A model generated the notes under the pieces. That model had not been told where the DNA came from and did no database searches. It was given only the letters and a program-made list of their open reading frames with translations. 64,000 nucleotides of DNA, taken from the IMG/VR virus record IMGVR_UViG_3300005190_000020, one strand, 5' to 3'. The translations under genes were made by a program, and so were the position numbers. Each line of letters starts with the position of its first letter. Within the stretch, counting starts at the first letter, position 1. This document shows positions 34,463 through 44,100 of this stretch, piece by piece. The stretch comes from a virus.

Positions 34463-35358
34463 CGTGGAACCACGCTTCTAATCAGGTCGTTGACTTTTTC
34501 ACGGCTGATTCCTCGGACATCGTGTTCTGAATGATTTATTTCTTCGCCTTTCTCGATTTCGTTGCTCATCCAGTCCCAGAGTTCTTGGTCTGCGATTTCA
34601 CGGCTTCCTTCTCCGTTTGTCTTGGCACGGATAAATTCGTCGAGGTAGGTTTTAACCATGTCTGGAACATTTAACTGGTCAAGTTCCTCATCAACGAATC
34701 TTTGGAAGTCCAGTGGCGGCCTCTGGTGTGTCTCTAAGACGTACTTGGCATAGGTCAAACCTCTTAGAATGTATAGGTGTCGCTTTATTGAGAGGTCGTT
34801 CCGGTTGTCGATGTATTTGTTGTAGTTTGCCTTACCCATCTCCCTGTAATGCCCCCAGAGTGCGATAGGTTTAAATTCGTCGTTGGCGTGTTGCCTGATT
34901 AATTCCAGGTTGCCTTTGACGTTAGGCATGTCGTTAACCCTCATAAGTTTTGGGTCTTTCATTTTTTCTTCGCTTGGCTGTTCGAAGATTTTCTCGCCTT
35001 TCCAAACCCAGTAAGGTTCTAGTTCGTAGTACGTGATTCCGCTGTTCAACCATTCAATCATGGAAGGATTGGACTTGTTCAACAGTTCTGCGAAGCGTTT
35101 AATGTTCCAACCGATTAGTTCGAACTCTTCTCCGTCCAGCATGAATTTGCGGTCGATGTTCTGCGTGTATCCTCCTAGTTCGATGTAGTCCATTGGCTCT
35201 TGACTGAAAACCATTCCTGCGTCCATGTCGCTTGTCTCTGAGTCAAGGTTCCATGCCCGTGAACCGTAGTCACGGACGGAAAGGACTTTGATTTCGTACT
35301 TGTTTTCAAGGTATCGAATCATTTCGTGGATGTCGTCAAATTCTTTGTGGTCTGTCAT
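34459..35358 (-). CDS. Pol-beta-superfamily nucleotidyltransferase
   Basis: YGSRAWNLDSETSDMDAG = GS-x9-DxD nucleotidyltransferase signature; 299 aa. Confidence 0.5.
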   Translation of the reverse strand: MTDHKEFDDIHEMIRYLENKYEIKVLSVRDYGSRAWNLDSETSDMDAGMVFSQEPMDYIELGGYTQNIDRKFMLDGEEFELIGWNIKRFAELLNKSNPSMIEWLNSGITYYELEPYWVWKGEKIFEQPSEEKMKDPKLMRVNDMPNVKGNLELIRQHANDEFKPIALWGHYREMGKANYNKYIDNRNDLSIKRHLYILRGLTYAKYVLETHQRPPLDFQRFVDEELDQLNVPDMVKTYLDEFIRAKTNGEGSREIADQELWDWMSNEIEKGEEINHSEHDVRGISREKVNDLIRSVVPR

Positions 35359-35642
35359 AATACTTCACTTATGATGCGTCTGATACCGGATTTAGGGATA
35401 ACCATTGGCGATTCAGGTAGTTCGCCCCAGTGCTGAATGACTTTTGCGTCGATAAAGTATTCTTCTCCGCTCGGTGCGTAAGCTGTCTGCTTTTTCAACC
35501 TTTCTCTGTGTCTTGGTTCTACAAGTATTACTAACTCGCTGTAGTCTGTGTCGTTTTCTGCGTATTTCTGCATTTTGTCAATTACTTGTTCATGTATGCT
35601 CGGTTCTGTTTCTACTACTTCAAGTTCAACTTCTTCAGTCAT
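35355..35642 (-). CDS. hypothetical protein (95 aa)
   Basis: ORF. Confidence 0.35.
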   Translation of the reverse strand: MTEEVELEVVETEPSIHEQVIDKMQKYAENDTDYSELVILVEPRHRERLKKQTAYAPSGEEYFIDAKVIQHWGELPESPMVIPKSGIRRIISEVL

Positions 35643-36075
35643 AGCGTTCTTTCATCCTCTCAAATTCTTCTTCGGTTTTAACTTTTATATTTATGTCGGT
35701 CTCGGTGTCGAGGTCGTCGAAGACATCTCTCCTTACTTCCTCGGTTATTTTGTTTCTGAAGTTCCAAAGCAACCTGAAATCTTCTTCGATGTCGTCACTT
35801 TCTCTGACTTGTTTAATACATTTTTCCTGGTCTTCCTCAAGCAAGAGAATCACTGAAAGCCTTATGTTGCTTGATTCGTAGCTGGGCTTTACCTGTACTG
35901 CGTAGTTCCTTACTTTGTGATGGTCTTTCAGGTCGTCGCCGTAACGCCTGTCAATATGTTTTTGAAGGTCGTGGTAGGCTTGTTTCTTGGCTTTGTACGC
36001 CATTGTCTCCTGTTTTTCTGCGAGTTGTATCGTGTCGTCTATGTCGTCTAGGAACATAAATATCAGCAACAGCAA
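35635..36075 (-). CDS. hypothetical protein (146 aa)
   Basis: ORF. Confidence 0.35.
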   Translation of the reverse strand: MLLLIFMFLDDIDDTIQLAEKQETMAYKAKKQAYHDLQKHIDRRYGDDLKDHHKVRNYAVQVKPSYESSNIRLSVILLLEEDQEKCIKQVRESDDIEEDFRLLWNFRNKITEEVRRDVFDDLDTETDINIKVKTEEEFERMKERYD

Positions 36076-36208
36076 TCGTTACGGTTTTTACCGCATTTTT
36101 TACAGTCTCCGGTTTTCTCTCTACATTTTTCGCATTCGTCTTTACCCCAAGGCACTCTTGCCTCGATGGCAGGGTTGTCTCCACAATTTACACAAGTTTT
36201 TTCGTCTG

Positions 36209-36562
36209 TCATTCTTCTCCACCTCTCCAAGCATGTTTTGTACCTACTGGCGATGCACCAAGATATACTTCTGTCGTAACTTTGCTTTTCTCTGCGTCGT
36301 TTAAATTGTTTTCCTCGACGTGTTTTTCAACTATTTCTCTCTGCCGTTCTTCTTGAAGGAAGTAGTCTCTGTACGGGTTTGGGTCGTCGTGGTCTGCTTC
36401 TTTACTGAATTTTCCTTGTTTAAGTTCGTCGAAATCTGCGCTAGGCGTTGCTTCTTCGTATAATTCGTTGTAAATGTCTACGCATATTTCCCATAGTTCT
36501 TCATCAGTTTTCATTGTGTGTAACCTCCTATCATAACTGTTTCTCTTCCGCACTGAGTACAT
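36209..36562 (-). CDS. hypothetical protein (117 aa)
   Basis: ORF. Confidence 0.35.
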   Translation of the reverse strand: MYSVRKRNSYDRRLHTMKTDEELWEICVDIYNELYEEATPSADFDELKQGKFSKEADHDDPNPYRDYFLQEERQREIVEKHVEENNLNDAEKSKVTTEVYLGASPVGTKHAWRGGEE

Positions 36563-36981
36563 ACAAATAATTGGTCGTCTTCGTCTTGCTCTGCTGTCTC
36601 TGTCTCGCAGTCAGGGCATTCAACTACGTCAGGCAGCTCTGTCTTGGGTTTGGTCATTCCTTCGAACCATCTTCCTGATTGGAAGAATGCGCCTTCGTCT
36701 AGGTAACGGATTATTACGTCTCCGTGACACAGTTTTGGTTTGCAGTGGCAGGCCAGTGTCTTACCTTTCAGGTTGTCTACTGCTTTTTTGAAGTCTTCGT
36801 CGTGCCTGATTCTTTTGTCGAAGTAGTTGCTGTATAGGTCTACTACGAGTTCCCGTGCTGCTTCGTCGCTCATGTTGTCGTTGAAGTCTGAGATTTTGAA
36901 TGGGTTGCCGAATTTTGACCTTCGGTCAATCCACTGGTCGATTTCTTTGTCGGTTTTGTTTCCGTTTACGATGTCAGTCAT
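36511..36981 (-). CDS. hypothetical Cys-rich protein (156 aa)
   Basis: CHCKPKLCHGD and C-terminal CPDC...CTQCG clusters. Confidence 0.4.
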   Translation of the reverse strand: MTDIVNGNKTDKEIDQWIDRRSKFGNPFKISDFNDNMSDEAARELVVDLYSNYFDKRIRHDEDFKKAVDNLKGKTLACHCKPKLCHGDVIIRYLDEGAFFQSGRWFEGMTKPKTELPDVVECPDCETETAEQDEDDQLFVCTQCGRETVMIGGYTQ

Positions 36982-37592
36982 TTTATCATGTCCTCCTCAA
37001 TCATGTCTGCGGCTTCACGCAGTCTGTCAACTACTTTCTCATCGTCGATGTGTGTAATGTGGTACTGGACGTATGCCTTCGTGATTTTCCTGTATGCCTT
37101 CTTGTTTTTCTCCGGTACGTTGTCTGTGAACTCTCTCGGCCTTTTAAGACTGTTGTGAGTGTATACTCCGTGATGGAGAATCATGTAGGCAGCTGCTTTT
37201 GCTCCTACAGGTCTTCCGTGCGCCAGTTCTTGTTCTTCGAACTCGTCGATACAGGCTAGGTCTCCTTCGTCGTAGCCAAGCCATGAACCGTTTGCTCGTT
37301 CGTAGTATTTGGCGTGTCCTGTATCTCCTGTGTCGTTGGCTTTCAGGATTACTGCTTTTTTCCAGCCTTTGATTTCGTCTAGGAAGTCTTCGTATTCATC
37401 CCAGTCTTTGTAGCCTCCGAGCTGTGCTATTGGGTGTCCGTTGTTGGAAGTTATTGTGGCGTACCAGTCTCTTTCTTCTGCTTGTTCTTTCATCTGTGTA
37501 CGCATTGCGTCTAGTTCTGCGAAGTCTCCTTCAGCCATTTCGTCTAGTTTTTCTGTGTCTTCAACTACTGTGATTGTCGCCCATCCACTCAT
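36978..37592 (-). CDS. hypothetical protein (204 aa)
   Basis: ORF. Confidence 0.4.
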   Translation of the reverse strand: MSGWATITVVEDTEKLDEMAEGDFAELDAMRTQMKEQAEERDWYATITSNNGHPIAQLGGYKDWDEYEDFLDEIKGWKKAVILKANDTGDTGHAKYYERANGSWLGYDEGDLACIDEFEEQELAHGRPVGAKAAAYMILHHGVYTHNSLKRPREFTDNVPEKNKKAYRKITKAYVQYHITHIDDEKVVDRLREAADMIEEDMIK

Positions 37593-37810
37593 TAGTTTGC
37601 TACACCTCTTTCAACTTGTGATGTAGGCATACAAGTAAAGCCTTCTCCTTCAATGTTGTTTGACATGAAGCAAGTTGCTTCTTTGTATTCGAATACTTCA
37701 ACGTTTGGGCCTTCTGTAACTGTGGTGTAAATTGCTCCGCCTACTATTGCTACGACAAGTAGAATCCAGCCGTAGGACATAAGGTATTCGAGGGCTGTTT
37801 CACTGTCCAT
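37592..37810 (-). CDS. small protein with one TM helix (72 aa)
   Basis: ORF. Confidence 0.3.
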   Translation of the reverse strand: MDSETALEYLMSYGWILLVVAIVGGAIYTTVTEGPNVEVFEYKEATCFMSNNIEGEGFTCMPTSQVERGVAN

Positions 37811-38029
37811 TTATACAGCACCTCTGCCTTTTTCTTCGATGACTTTCGGCTTCCATTTCTGGTCGATGATGTTGATGCCGTGGTCTACTTCGTCATCTTT
37901 GTCTACGCCTCTGTCTTTTTCTACTTCGTGGCGTTCGCATTGTCCGTGGTTTTCGATTTGTGCTGTTGGAACCATTACGCCGCATACTGGGCATTCTTTT
38001 TCTTCGTATTCGTAGGGGTCGTCTGTCAT
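37811..38029 (-). CDS. small zinc-ribbon protein (72 aa)
   Basis: CPVCG...HGQCERH. Confidence 0.35.
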   Translation of the reverse strand: MTDDPYEYEEKECPVCGVMVPTAQIENHGQCERHEVEKDRGVDKDDEVDHGINIIDQKWKPKVIEEKGRGAV

Positions 38030-38054
38030 TGTGTCACCTTGTAAATTATGTTAT

Positions 38055-38076
38055 GTGTGTAAAGTTTTATAAATGC
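38055..38076 (-). promoter_or_regulatory. conserved promoter motif
   Basis: GTGTGTAAAGTTTTATAAATGC. Confidence 0.45.
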
Positions 38077-38255
38077 TCTCCTATACCTTGTAGGACTGCG
38101 CCGGCAACCAGAAATAATAGCTCTACGATGTAGGCTACCCATAGAATTATTCCTGCGTCGATTGATACAAGGATGCCTGCTGTTACTACAATGCTTAACA
38201 GGAATCCTATAAGTGCTAGGGCGCTTCCGAATGCTTCTACTCCTTCTCCACTCAT
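38067..38255 (-). CDS. small membrane protein (62 aa)
   Basis: Two hydrophobic helices. Confidence 0.3.
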   Translation of the reverse strand: MSGEGVEAFGSALALIGFLLSIVVTAGILVSIDAGIILWVAYIVELLFLVAGAVLQGIGEHL

Positions 38256-38617
38256 TGTTCTGCCTCTACAGGTACTTTTTCTGTCACGGTTTTAGTGTAC
38301 TCCATCTCTCTTTGTTTTCTTTCTACGGTCTCCATTTTCTTGAAGTTGCTGTACGGGATTGTAGCGATTGTTTCTCTACGCCACCCGCCGTATTTTCCTC
38401 CTTCGTAACCTGTGTAGTACCTGTAGAATTTTACGCCTTCATCTGTTTTGTCCATGCTGTCGAAAACTATTTCCTCTGACGTGTCTTCACCGACTCGATG
38501 TATGGCTCCTATGTGTTCGGTGTATCCTTTGTGCCGTTTTTCCATTGCTTCGACTTTTGCGTAAGCTGTTTTGTCTAGCTCAGATTCTTTCGTAAGTGTG
38601 TACCCAAATAGTCCCAT
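38252..38617 (-). CDS. hypothetical protein (121 aa)
   Basis: ORF; promoter motif 38629-38649 ~25 nt upstream. Confidence 0.4.
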   Translation of the reverse strand: MGLFGYTLTKESELDKTAYAKVEAMEKRHKGYTEHIGAIHRVGEDTSEEIVFDSMDKTDEGVKFYRYYTGYEGGKYGGWRRETIATIPYSNFKKMETVERKQREMEYTKTVTEKVPVEAEQ

Positions 38618-38628
38618 ATTGATACATG

Positions 38629-38649
38629 GGGGTTTAACTCTTATAAACC
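38629..38649 (-). promoter_or_regulatory. conserved promoter motif
   Basis: GGGGTTTAACTCTTATAAACC. Confidence 0.5.
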
Positions 38650-38655
38650 TGTGGA

Positions 38656-39009
38656 TTAGTTAAGTAAGAATGAGAGATTGTCGCCTTCTGAAATGTTGAA
38701 GTCGTCTGCCTTGCCTTGTTTCAGTTCAATGGCGTAGCTGCATTCTCCGTTGCTGTGTATGTGTTCTGTGCTTTCTGGTTCGCCTTGTTCAATGTTTAGA
38801 ACTGTGCCGTCTTCGGAAAGAAAAACTATGTCAAGCGGTATATGAGTGTTTTTCATCCAGATGCTTTGTTTCTCTGTTTCTGGGAAGTTGAACAGCATCC
38901 CTCTGTACTGGCTTAGTTCTTCTCTGTTTTGCAGTCCTTCTGCTCTTTCTTCCTGTGTCTCCGCTGTTTCTAGTTCAAGAAATGTTTTGAGAAATGCTTT
39001 TTTGGTCAT
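38656..39009 (-). CDS. hypothetical protein (117 aa)
   Basis: ORF. Confidence 0.4.
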   Translation of the reverse strand: MTKKAFLKTFLELETAETQEERAEGLQNREELSQYRGMLFNFPETEKQSIWMKNTHIPLDIVFLSEDGTVLNIEQGEPESTEHIHSNGECSYAIELKQGKADDFNISEGDNLSFLLN

Positions 39010-39038
39010 GTATGTGAAAAAGGTTTTACTCGTTTAAA

Positions 39039-39644
39039 TTATTTTTGCTGCAACTCTTCGTATTTTTGCTTTTTTCTCTTGAGATAATATTTTGCAGGGT
39101 AGAAGAAGTCTTGAATTTTTTTACTATCTTTCTGCATATAAGATAAAACAAACCCGTTATTAGTTCTTTCATGTATGTTAACTGAGGTACAACCTGCTTT
39201 CTGGTTTAACTTTTTTCTTATTTCTTTTAAGAAGTTTTTATCTTCTGAGAAAAATCTGGTGTTCATATATCCTTTACTTTCATATATGCCGCCGTCGCCG
39301 TCGAAGAAACCTCTTATGAAATCTCTGTCTGAAACTTCTTCAGGGTAAACTAAATCTCTGGATTTATCTGAAGTGTAACCTATACTTTTAAGGGCGTCTG
39401 CTAATTCTTTGCTGTTGAAATTTATGTAGAAACAGTTTTTCTTTTTTCTTTCAGTTATAGGGTGGCTTGAGTTAAGACAGGTCTTTAAGTCCTGTAAAAC
39501 TTGCTTATCTCCCGAAGTTATTCTTACGGTTGTGTCTCTTAAGTTTCCATCAGCGGCAAAGTATCCTAAGAAATATGATTGTTTTTCTGAACTTAAATCA
39601 TCTAAATCCTCTTTCAAATCGTATTTTCTGTATCGTTTAGGCAT
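39039..39644 (-). CDS. LAGLIDADG homing endonuclease (two-motif)
   Basis: LGYFAADGNL and IRGFFDGDGG motifs; AT-rich, 201 aa. Confidence 0.65.
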   Translation of the reverse strand: MPKRYRKYDLKEDLDDLSSEKQSYFLGYFAADGNLRDTTVRITSGDKQVLQDLKTCLNSSHPITERKKKNCFYINFNSKELADALKSIGYTSDKSRDLVYPEEVSDRDFIRGFFDGDGGIYESKGYMNTRFFSEDKNFLKEIRKKLNQKAGCTSVNIHERTNNGFVLSYMQKDSKKIQDFFYPAKYYLKRKKQKYEELQQK

Positions 39645-40017
39645 AAAGTTCTACCACTTCTTCTCCAAATTTTCTGCTGTTTTTTCTTTCATCGACAGGC
39701 TGTTTCCATTCTTCTTCTTCAAGTTTTTTCACTCTCCAACCATTGTAATCGTGAGCGACCCATACTTGAATGTTCATGTGTTCAGGATTCAGAAATTCTT
39801 TGTTTTTTATTTGTTTAAGTGCGCCATCTGTAGTATTTGATTTTACTTGGATGTATAAAGGTTTTTCTCCTTTTTTAGTTGCTATAACGTCAAATAAGCC
39901 CCAGATGTCGCTGTTATCGTAAGTATTGTTTACTTTTTTGTGTGCTTTCCAACCTGCTCTTTCTAGGGCTTTGACGCACTGTCTTTCTCTAGTTCCTCCT
40001 TTTCCTCTTGTAGACAT
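39637..40017 (-). CDS. Hjc-like Holliday-junction resolvase / archaeal PD-(D/E)xK nuclease
   Basis: KGGTRERQCVKALERAGWKA (Hjc N-terminal ER..L..G signature) then D..IQVKS; 126 aa. Confidence 0.5.
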   Translation of the reverse strand: MSTRGKGGTRERQCVKALERAGWKAHKKVNNTYDNSDIWGLFDVIATKKGEKPLYIQVKSNTTDGALKQIKNKEFLNPEHMNIQVWVAHDYNGWRVKKLEEEEWKQPVDERKNSRKFGEEVVELYA

Positions 40018-40020
40018 GTG

Positions 40021-40212
40021 CTACTCTCCATCATAATAACCTTTCATCCCACGCTTAAATGCTTTACTGGGCTTGTTTTCTTCTACGCAGAAGTGTCCTC
40101 CAAAGTAGTACAGGACTCCGCATTCTCCGCAGATTCCAGGTTTTTCGTGGGTTTCAGGGTTGTCTGCGTCTATTGTAAGGCCGTTGCCAAGTTCGAAGCG
40201 TCCGTCGCTCAT
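40021..40212 (-). CDS. small zinc-ribbon protein (63 aa)
   Basis: CGECG...HFC. Confidence 0.3.
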   Translation of the reverse strand: MSDGRFELGNGLTIDADNPETHEKPGICGECGVLYYFGGHFCVEENKPSKAFKRGMKGYYDGE

Positions 40213-40280
40213 AATTATTATTGTGTGATAAAAAGTTTTAAAGGTGTTGTTAAATTACTTGTTTTTAGGGAGAGTCCCCC

Positions 40281-40490
40281 TTGAAAGAACCTTCGTATGA
40301 AGAGAATTACCTGTACACAAGTTATGACCGAGGCGTTTTAACTGTTGTCGATGACTTGGCTGAAGCGGATTTTGCTTATGCCGAGGACATAGGTTACGGC
40401 AGTGATGAACGGTTCGAGGTAAGAGAGAAGGGTATAACTCTAGGAAGATTTGAAACGCTTGATGACGCTAAAAGTTTTCTTGACGGATAA
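40281..40490 (+). CDS. small hypothetical protein (69 aa), plus strand
   Basis: ORF only. Confidence 0.25.
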   Translation: MKEPSYEENYLYTSYDRGVLTVVDDLAEADFAYAEDIGYGSDERFEVREKGITLGRFETLDDAKSFLDG

Positions 40491-40509
40491 AAAATAATTG
40501 AAGGAGGTG

Positions 40510-40755
40510 TTACTCCTCTTCTTCGTTGCTGGCTTCTTGAACTCTTTGCTCAACTTCTTCTTGGATTTCTTCCTCTGAAATGTCTTGCATTTCCTTGACG
40601 ATTTCCTGTGCTTCTTCGTTGATTCGTTCTTGGTCAAGGATGTCTTCTTTCTCCATCACATTCAAAAGTGCGTGTACTGTGAGTTCAAGGTTTCCGATTT
40701 TCTGTTGAAGCATTTTCAAAATGTCTTGTGAATCCATTTGTGGTTGTTGGTCCAT
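40510..40755 (-). CDS. acidic coiled-coil protein (81 aa)
   Basis: ORF. Confidence 0.35.
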   Translation of the reverse strand: MDQQPQMDSQDILKMLQQKIGNLELTVHALLNVMEKEDILDQERINEEAQEIVKEMQDISEEEIQEEVEQRVQEASNEEEE

Positions 40756-40934
40756 GTTTAGTTCTCCTCTTCTACTATGTGTTCGATTAGTTTTTCTGCT
40801 GCAAGTCCTAGTCCGCTGATTACCGTTATAAATACTGCTACAGCAATCACGAACTCTGTCAGGAAGTAAACAAATCCTAGCAAGGCGAATATTATAAGCC
40901 CTAGGATTGCTCTTTCGAACCAGTCAAGGTTCAT

Positions 40935-41141
40935 TCAGTTTAGCACCTTGTCTTCGTGTTCTTCAAGTTTGTCTGCTGCTTTACGGGCAAGATAAGCCTT
41001 TACGGTTAGTGCTGTGAAGGCTACAAGCATCCCGCCTAGTGTCGGGATAACGAATTTTATGGCTTTGATGAGGACAAGTATCAGTGATACACTGATTCCT
41101 ATAGTTAGTACTATTGCCCTGAGTTTGTCGTAGTCAGTCAT
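40935..41141 (-). CDS. small membrane protein (68 aa)
   Basis: Promoter motif 41152-41172 directly upstream. Confidence 0.4.
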   Translation of the reverse strand: MTDYDKLRAIVLTIGISVSLILVLIKAIKFVIPTLGGMLVAFTALTVKAYLARKAADKLEEHEDKVLN

Positions 41142-41151
41142 TGCATTAGTG

Positions 41152-41172
41152 TTTAATGTGTTTAACTTTTAT
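41152..41172 (-). promoter_or_regulatory. conserved promoter motif (perfect consensus)
   Basis: GTGTTTAACTTTTATAAACTT. Confidence 0.55.
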
Positions 41173-41176
41173 AAAC

Positions 41177-42934
41177 TTATTTCACTGTGACAGATTTTGC
41201 CAGGTTTCTTGGACGGTCAACTGGTAACTGTTTCAGGTGTGCCCAGTACATCGCAAGCCAGAATCCGTAGATTGCTGAGTTGAATACGAAGTCGTTTTCG
41301 TTTCCTGTTGCTTCAAGTTTCTTGGTTCTTGCACCTCGTGCCTCTACTTCTTCGATACTGGTTTGAATGTTTCCTGTGCCGTCGTCTAAACATATTACAG
41401 GTGTTCCTTCTTCAATCAAAGCTAAAGTACCGTGTTTAAGTTCGCCCGCCATCATTCCTTCTGCGTGGACGTAGGCTATTTCCTTTATTTTTAACGCGAT
41501 TTCCCGTGCGACAGGGTATGTTGAAGCGTTTCCTATTATGTAAAGGTCTTCGTGTCCTGCGTCGTGGAACTCTGCTGCATCTTGGAATGCCATCATACCT
41601 ATGTTTTTAACGGTTTCGATTTCTTCTGCGCCGAAGGTGTCTGCACCTGCCAAGTTCATTAATGCGTATACTTGGTTTGTGAATGTTTTAGTGGCTGCTA
41701 CACAGTTTTCTTGCTGTGCCTTGATTTCAAGGCTGATACTGCTTTTTCTTTGAATCGTTGAGTGCGGTACGTTTACAAGACTGGCTATTTCAGCGCCTTT
41801 GTTTTCTGCTACTTCGATTGCGTCTAGTACGTCTCTTGTCTCTCCTGACTGGCTTATTGCTAGCAGCAGTGTGTCTTCGTTTACTCTTTCGTAGTTTTCG
41901 AACTCGGAGGCGATAAGTGCTTGTGCGTCTACACCGTTTTTCTGTAGGTAGTACACTCCGAGCAGTGCGGCGTGGTAACTTGTTCCGCTTGCGGTCAGTA
42001 TTACTTTCTCCGCTGATTCAATCTTGGTTTGAAGCCTTGTAAATGCGTCGTATTGCGTGTTGTTAAGGCTTTCTGCAAGCCGGTTTATTGCTTCAGGTAT
42101 TTCTTTGATTTCTTTCTCCATCCAGTACTTGTTGCGTTCGCCTAGTTCTGGTTCTTCTTCAGTCCATTCGAACTCTTTCCAGTTTTCGTTTTTGAATCCT
42201 TCTGTCCATTTCCCGTCTTCCATAAGTCCGAGGTTGGAGCCGCTTGTCATTATAATGTCTCCGTCTTCCATGAAGTATGCTTTGTCGCATTTGTCGGATA
42301 TGGCGTACAGGTCGCTTGAGAAGTATGCTCCTTTAGCTGGTTTAAGAAGTTCGTCTTCTACTCTTGGGTATGCGAAGACCAGTGGGCTTCCTCTTTTCAG
42401 TCCGTAGAGTTGTTCTTCTTTCCTGTCGAGTACGACTACGGCGTAGTTTCCCTCTGCTTCTTCGTCGAATAGGTGAAGTGCTTCTGCCGTTGTCCTACCT
42501 GCTTCGGTGTGGTGTTCGAGGAAGTGAGGTATAACTTCGGTGTCTGTGTCTGATGTGAAGCAGTGGTCGCTGTTTAATTGTTCTCTCAGTTCTTCGTGGT
42601 TTTCAATTATTCCGTTGTGTACTACTGCGAATCTTCTTTCAGGGGTTTCTAGTTTTCTACAGCTTTCGTGAGGATGTGCGTTCTCCTTTGTTACGCCTCC
42701 ATGGGTCGCCCATCTTGTATGGCCGACGCAGGATTCTGCCTCTGCCTCTCTTTCGTCCATTGCGAAGGTTTCAGGTACTTCGCCTACTTGTTTGTTTGTG
42801 TACCCGTTGCTTGTGCTGTATCCCCAGCTGTCGTATCCTCTGTAAACAAGTCTTCTTAACCCGTTTGATACTTCGTTTACTACGTCTTTGTCTTCGGGTT
42901 CAAGTCCTTGTATGTATCCGAATATTCCACACAT
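41177..42934 (-). CDS. glmS: glutamine--fructose-6-phosphate aminotransferase (glucosamine-6-phosphate synthase)
   Basis: N-terminal MCGIFGY class-II (Ntn) amidotransferase start, two C-terminal SIS domains (SGTSYHAALLG...), 585 aa. Confidence 0.85.
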   Translation of the reverse strand: MCGIFGYIQGLEPEDKDVVNEVSNGLRRLVYRGYDSWGYSTSNGYTNKQVGEVPETFAMDEREAEAESCVGHTRWATHGGVTKENAHPHESCRKLETPERRFAVVHNGIIENHEELREQLNSDHCFTSDTDTEVIPHFLEHHTEAGRTTAEALHLFDEEAEGNYAVVVLDRKEEQLYGLKRGSPLVFAYPRVEDELLKPAKGAYFSSDLYAISDKCDKAYFMEDGDIIMTSGSNLGLMEDGKWTEGFKNENWKEFEWTEEEPELGERNKYWMEKEIKEIPEAINRLAESLNNTQYDAFTRLQTKIESAEKVILTASGTSYHAALLGVYYLQKNGVDAQALIASEFENYERVNEDTLLLAISQSGETRDVLDAIEVAENKGAEIASLVNVPHSTIQRKSSISLEIKAQQENCVAATKTFTNQVYALMNLAGADTFGAEEIETVKNIGMMAFQDAAEFHDAGHEDLYIIGNASTYPVAREIALKIKEIAYVHAEGMMAGELKHGTLALIEEGTPVICLDDGTGNIQTSIEEVEARGARTKKLEATGNENDFVFNSAIYGFWLAMYWAHLKQLPVDRPRNLAKSVTVK

Positions 42935-43194
42935 TAGAAACCATCCTCCGGCACATCTGCACCTGAGTCTGGTGCTTCAAAATCGTCATATCTTTCATTT
43001 TCTTTATTGTGTTTGTACCCTTCAGCAAGAAGTTTTTCCTCTTGGTCTGTGGATAAGCTGTCTACTTTGATGTGACTGTTTTCTGGGTTGATTGTTTTTA
43101 CTCCTTCCATCTCCATAAGTTTCTTCATTATATCTGCTTTTTCCTTGCTGTCGATTGTTAAAATTATTTCTTCTTTCCTTCCTTTGATAAGCAT
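42934..43194 (-). CDS. hypothetical protein (86 aa)
   Basis: ORF coupled to glmS. Confidence 0.35.
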   Translation of the reverse strand: MLIKGRKEEIILTIDSKEKADIMKKLMEMEGVKTINPENSHIKVDSLSTDQEEKLLAEGYKHNKENERYDDFEAPDSGADVPEDGF

Positions 43195-43196
43195 TT

Positions 43197-43907
43197 TTAA
43201 TCTCCTCTGTACCTTTGTTTCGTATGTGTTGTCATTTTGTCGAACGGTACCTGTCTTAGAACAGGGTTTTTGCTGCCTGTCGGGTGTCCGTACTCGCCGT
43301 TTTCTCCGAAGGCGTTGCCGTGGTCGGCGGTTATAACTGTGTTGCCTAGAAGCCTGTCATCTACATCGTAGACGTAAGGCATTACTTTTTCAAGGTTTTC
43401 TTTGAATGCCTTCCATACTTCTTGGTCGGAGAACTCTCCTTCTTCAAGTCTGTCCCATACGTTCATGTCACGTTCTTCGTCTTGCTTCACATCTGAATCT
43501 ATGAACGGTGTGTGAGGCTGCATGAAGTGTATTATGAAGTTGTTGTCTTTGTCTGGGTATTTGTTTGCTGCTTCGTCTACTGCCTCAACCATTTTTTCCG
43601 GCGGCACTGTGCCTAGTTCGTCATCCCAGTATTTGTCGTGTGCGAAGCATTTTATAACTGCTTTGAATACTTCGTCCGGTTTTTTACCTGTTTCTTCTTC
43701 GAACAACGGGCCGAAGTAGTGCGGGTTTGCTGTTACGACTACGGTGTCACTCCAGTCTCCTTGGCTGAATGTTTCTTGTATAAATTCTTCGCTGCTGCTT
43801 CCGACTGTTCTTCTTTTCCTTGTTTTGCTGTTTACTTCTTCGTATAGGTCGTGCCGTGCTGCGTCCAGTATTATCAGGTTTGTCCATTCAAATTCGTCAA
43901 TCCTCAT
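43197..43907 (-). CDS. alkaline-phosphatase-superfamily metalloenzyme (sulfatase/phosphotransferase-like)
   Basis: ILDAARHD, HFMQPHTPF and ITADHGNAFGENGEYGH motifs reminiscent of the AP/sulfatase core. Confidence 0.4.
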   Translation of the reverse strand: MRIDEFEWTNLIILDAARHDLYEEVNSKTRKRRTVGSSSEEFIQETFSQGDWSDTVVVTANPHYFGPLFEEETGKKPDEVFKAVIKCFAHDKYWDDELGTVPPEKMVEAVDEAANKYPDKDNNFIIHFMQPHTPFIDSDVKQDEERDMNVWDRLEEGEFSDQEVWKAFKENLEKVMPYVYDVDDRLLGNTVITADHGNAFGENGEYGHPTGSKNPVLRQVPFDKMTTHTKQRYRGD

Positions 43908-44100
43908 CTTTCAACACCTCTGCTGCTTCTACAAGTTTCCAGAATGCTTCTGCGTCTAGGCTTAGTCTCTGGTTTGTGTCTTCGTCGTAGTTTGGTCCTC
44001 GTTCAATAGTTATTATTTCTTTGTCGCTGTCCATGTTTCTGTAGAATCCTTCTTCGTCTGTGATGCTGTACTCTTTTTCGTCTTCGAAACTTATTCTCAT
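43897..44100 (-). CDS. hypothetical protein (67 aa)
   Basis: ORF. Confidence 0.3.
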   Translation of the reverse strand: MRISFEDEKEYSITDEEGFYRNMDSDKEIITIERGPNYDEDTNQRLSLDAEAFWKLVEAAEVLKDED

